From Pristiophorus japonicus (Eukaryota): 64,000 nt of DNA. The stretch's first letter is position 1, and each line of letters opens with the position of its first letter. The position numbers and the translations under genes are program-made. Shown here piece after piece: positions 61,701 through 64,000 of this stretch. The notes under the pieces are model-generated. The model was not told where the DNA came from and made no database searches. It saw only the letters and a list, made by a program, of their open reading frames with translations. Location of the stretch: positions 58,156,001 to 58,220,000 of the forward strand of contig NC_091999.1 of NCBI RefSeq assembly GCF_044704955.1, in the 5' to 3' direction.

Positions 61701-62627
61701 ACCCTGGCCGCCCGCCTCTTGGTCGACCCCCTCGCGTACTCTTGACAGAAGACGCGGATGTGAGCCTTGCCCACGTCCCACCATAGCCTCAAGGAGGGGA
61801 AGCCACCCTGCTTCCTTCTCCTGTCGGCCCAGAAACGATGGAACGAGTCCTGGAACCCTACGTCCTCCAGCAGCTGGTTGATAAAATACCACTATGCGGA
61901 CCCCGTTCTCGTGCGGAGCGAAGCGAGCTCCGCCCACACCAGGTGGTGGTCCGAACACGGCACCGGCCGCTTGGAGGCCGCCAGGACGCAGGAAACGTAT
62001 GCCTGAGACACGTAAACGCGGTCGACTGTGGACCATCCTACTCCAGGCCTCACCCAAGTAAAGGCGCTGGAGTCGGGATGGAGATTTCGCCAGACGTCCA
62101 CCAAGTCGAAGGACCCGACCAGGTCCCTCAACTTCTCCATCACCGTCATGCTCTGCGGTGCACTGGAGCGGTCCCTCGCCTCGAGGGTGCAGTTAAAATC
62201 CCCCCCCGAGGATAATGCAGTCGCCGACGTCGACGGAGCCAAGAAGAGCGAACACTTCTTCGAAGAAGCGCACTTGCTGCGGGCCGGGCTGACGGGCGTA
62301 CACGTTCACGAGATGGAGTGGCACGTCCCCCAGGCGAACCGTTACGTGCAGCAAGCGGCCTGGAACGGGATCCACGACCCCCAAGATCTCCGGCTGAAAA
62401 TGCGGGGCCAACAAGATGGCCACCCCACTAGAAGTGGTAGTGAGGTGCCTCATGCGGACCTCTCCTTGCCATTCCAGGAGCCACGTGGCTTCATCTCCCG
62501 GAACGGTGTAGGTTTCTTGCAGGAAGCACACCGCATATTTCCCCTCCCGCAGGAGCGAAAAATTGTCAAATCTACGGCGTGCCTCTCTGCCGCCGTTGAT
62601 GTTGAGGCTGGCTATGGTTATCTTCAT
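58729..62627 (-). pseudogene. Tx1 ORF2 copy 2, several frameshifts
   Basis: MKITIASLNING, GGDFN, SDH, SAYADD, CNFCGLEQSVFHVFIEC. Confidence 0.93.
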
Positions 62628-62657
62628 GACTAGAGCATAGTGCAACCTCTACCTAAC

Positions 62658-64000
62658 CTATTGTGGGGGGGGAGTGGAGTCGTTTGTTGATCTCCACTCC
62701 TTCAGCAGCCCAGCGAGGAACTTTTTGAGCCGGCGCAGCTCAAGGCCTTGCGCCTTTGATAAGGGCCCGCCCGCGGCCATGGTTTTAGCTGCGGTGCGGA
62801 CGGAAGCGACGAGCAACACTGGCTCAGACCATCTTTCCCGGGCCAGACGGGCTTGGTCGCGGCGACCCCGGCACTGGACCAAAAAGTCCCGTAGTTCCTT
62901 TACAGGAATGAGGAGGGTCTCAGCGGCGGCCGCGAGCAGATCCACCGCCTCACTGGCGATGGTCTCTAGATCTTCTCCTGCGTCCCCCACCGAGTCCCCG
63001 TCCACCTCCGGGAGGTTGCCGCTATCAGCCGGCCCGTCGACCGCACGAGATACGGCAAACGGCCCGGCCGCTCCATCTGGCCCTGGCTCTGCTCCGATCC
63101 CACCCCCAGGATCGTCAGCAGAGGTGTCCCCACTGGGCTCTTCTAAAATTGGTGCTGGGTCGGGAAGCTTCAGCGGAAGGGGTTCCTCCTCCGCCCCAGG
63201 ATCCGGGGAACATGGAGAGACCTGGTTTAGGAAATTCTCCAGGTCCATCAAGTCCCTCAGCTCCAAAGTAGGGGGCGAGCTTTGTTGTTCTTCCCCCTCC
63301 CCACCGCCAACCCCGGCCCAGCGTGTGGATGTATATTACAGTTGTCTGCAGTGTCAGTTTCTGCCGAGTCGAGCAAATCCCGGGGGAAGTTGGGTATTGG
63401 CTGGGCGGGCTCAGGTTTGGCCTTTTCGGCCCCGCCCGCCTCAGTCCCCGAGACGCTCGACCCAGCGGCCACACATTCTTCCACGGTCCCCACGCCCCCC
63501 ACGACAGGCAGATCTTTCACGCCATCCCCGGGAGGCAGCGGCTGGGCAGCCTCGAATGTCTCACCCACCCCGGGGACAGACTCCTCTCGCCTACAGCGCA
63601 GCTTGGGGGCGCTGGTGGGGGACGCGGGACACGCGGCGGGCACCGCCTCCTCCGCGGAGGGATGTTGTTCCCCCTCCGCCTCATTGGAGCGGCGCCTCCT
63701 TTTGTTCCTGGGAGTGAGCGGAGGCAAGGAGACCCCCATGTCTGCCAAGGCCTCCTGCTCCACTCCCCCCTTTTCCTTATCATGCCCGCGCCCGAACCCC
63801 TCTGCGGTATTGATCGAGGGCTCGGGCACGGGCTCAGGGCACCCCGCGCTCGCCGGTGACGGGGTTGGGCTGAGCGCGATAAACAGATTGTCTGGCGCAC
63901 CGAAGGGACCCGGCTCGAGATGTTTCGTCTTCTTCCGCGCCTTCCTTCCGGCCGGACGCTCTCCCTCCCCCCCGCCGGATGCCGTGAAAACAAAGGCCCC
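62658..64000 (-). pseudogene. Tx1 ORF1 copy 2, C-terminal part
   Basis: Homologous to 55478-56820. Confidence 0.85.

Larger units (their letters stand above)
58531..64000 (-). mobile_element. Tx1-clade non-LTR retrotransposon copy 2 (5' end beyond the window)
   Basis: Colinear with copy 1 and has the same 3' end. Confidence 0.93.

Noticed and set aside
52009-63993. Numerous overlapping alternative-frame and + strand ORFs in Tx1
   Set aside because: Expected in GC-rich coding DNA with few stop codons; no independent motifs.

Overview
Vertebrate genomic DNA, most likely a cartilaginous fish (inferred from shark-type DeuSINEs, CR1 LINEs with (TTTCTATG)n tails and a GPR139-like receptor). 1-22 kb is a decaying tandem array with the unit DeuSINE - tRNA-Leu(TAA) - CT-rich spacer - tRNA-Asp(GTC) - tRNA-Ser, invaded by CR1 LINEs and by a young pol-less LTR element (9118-15079). 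That element has a tRNA-Ser primer-binding site (PBS), a 4-bp target-site duplication (TSD), and an env with the layout of paramyxovirus/baculovirus-type F fusion proteins (lokiretrovirus-like). Two more relatives with Ser PBS and homologous env lie at 25.3-29.1 kb and 40.2-47.1 kb, and an Arg-PBS ERV stub lies at 47.1-48.5 kb. A two-exon GPR139-like GPCR (minus strand, 31.9-34.7 kb) has its promoter and first exon tandemly duplicated. The window ends with two head-to-tail Tx1-clade LINEs inserted antisense into a CR1 reverse-transcriptase gene, each next to a copy of the 16-bp CR1 motif GGTCCTTGTGCATGAA. This is the best candidate for an undescribed system: a site-specific retrotransposon that parasitises another LINE. 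All alignments were made by eye and no database was searched.
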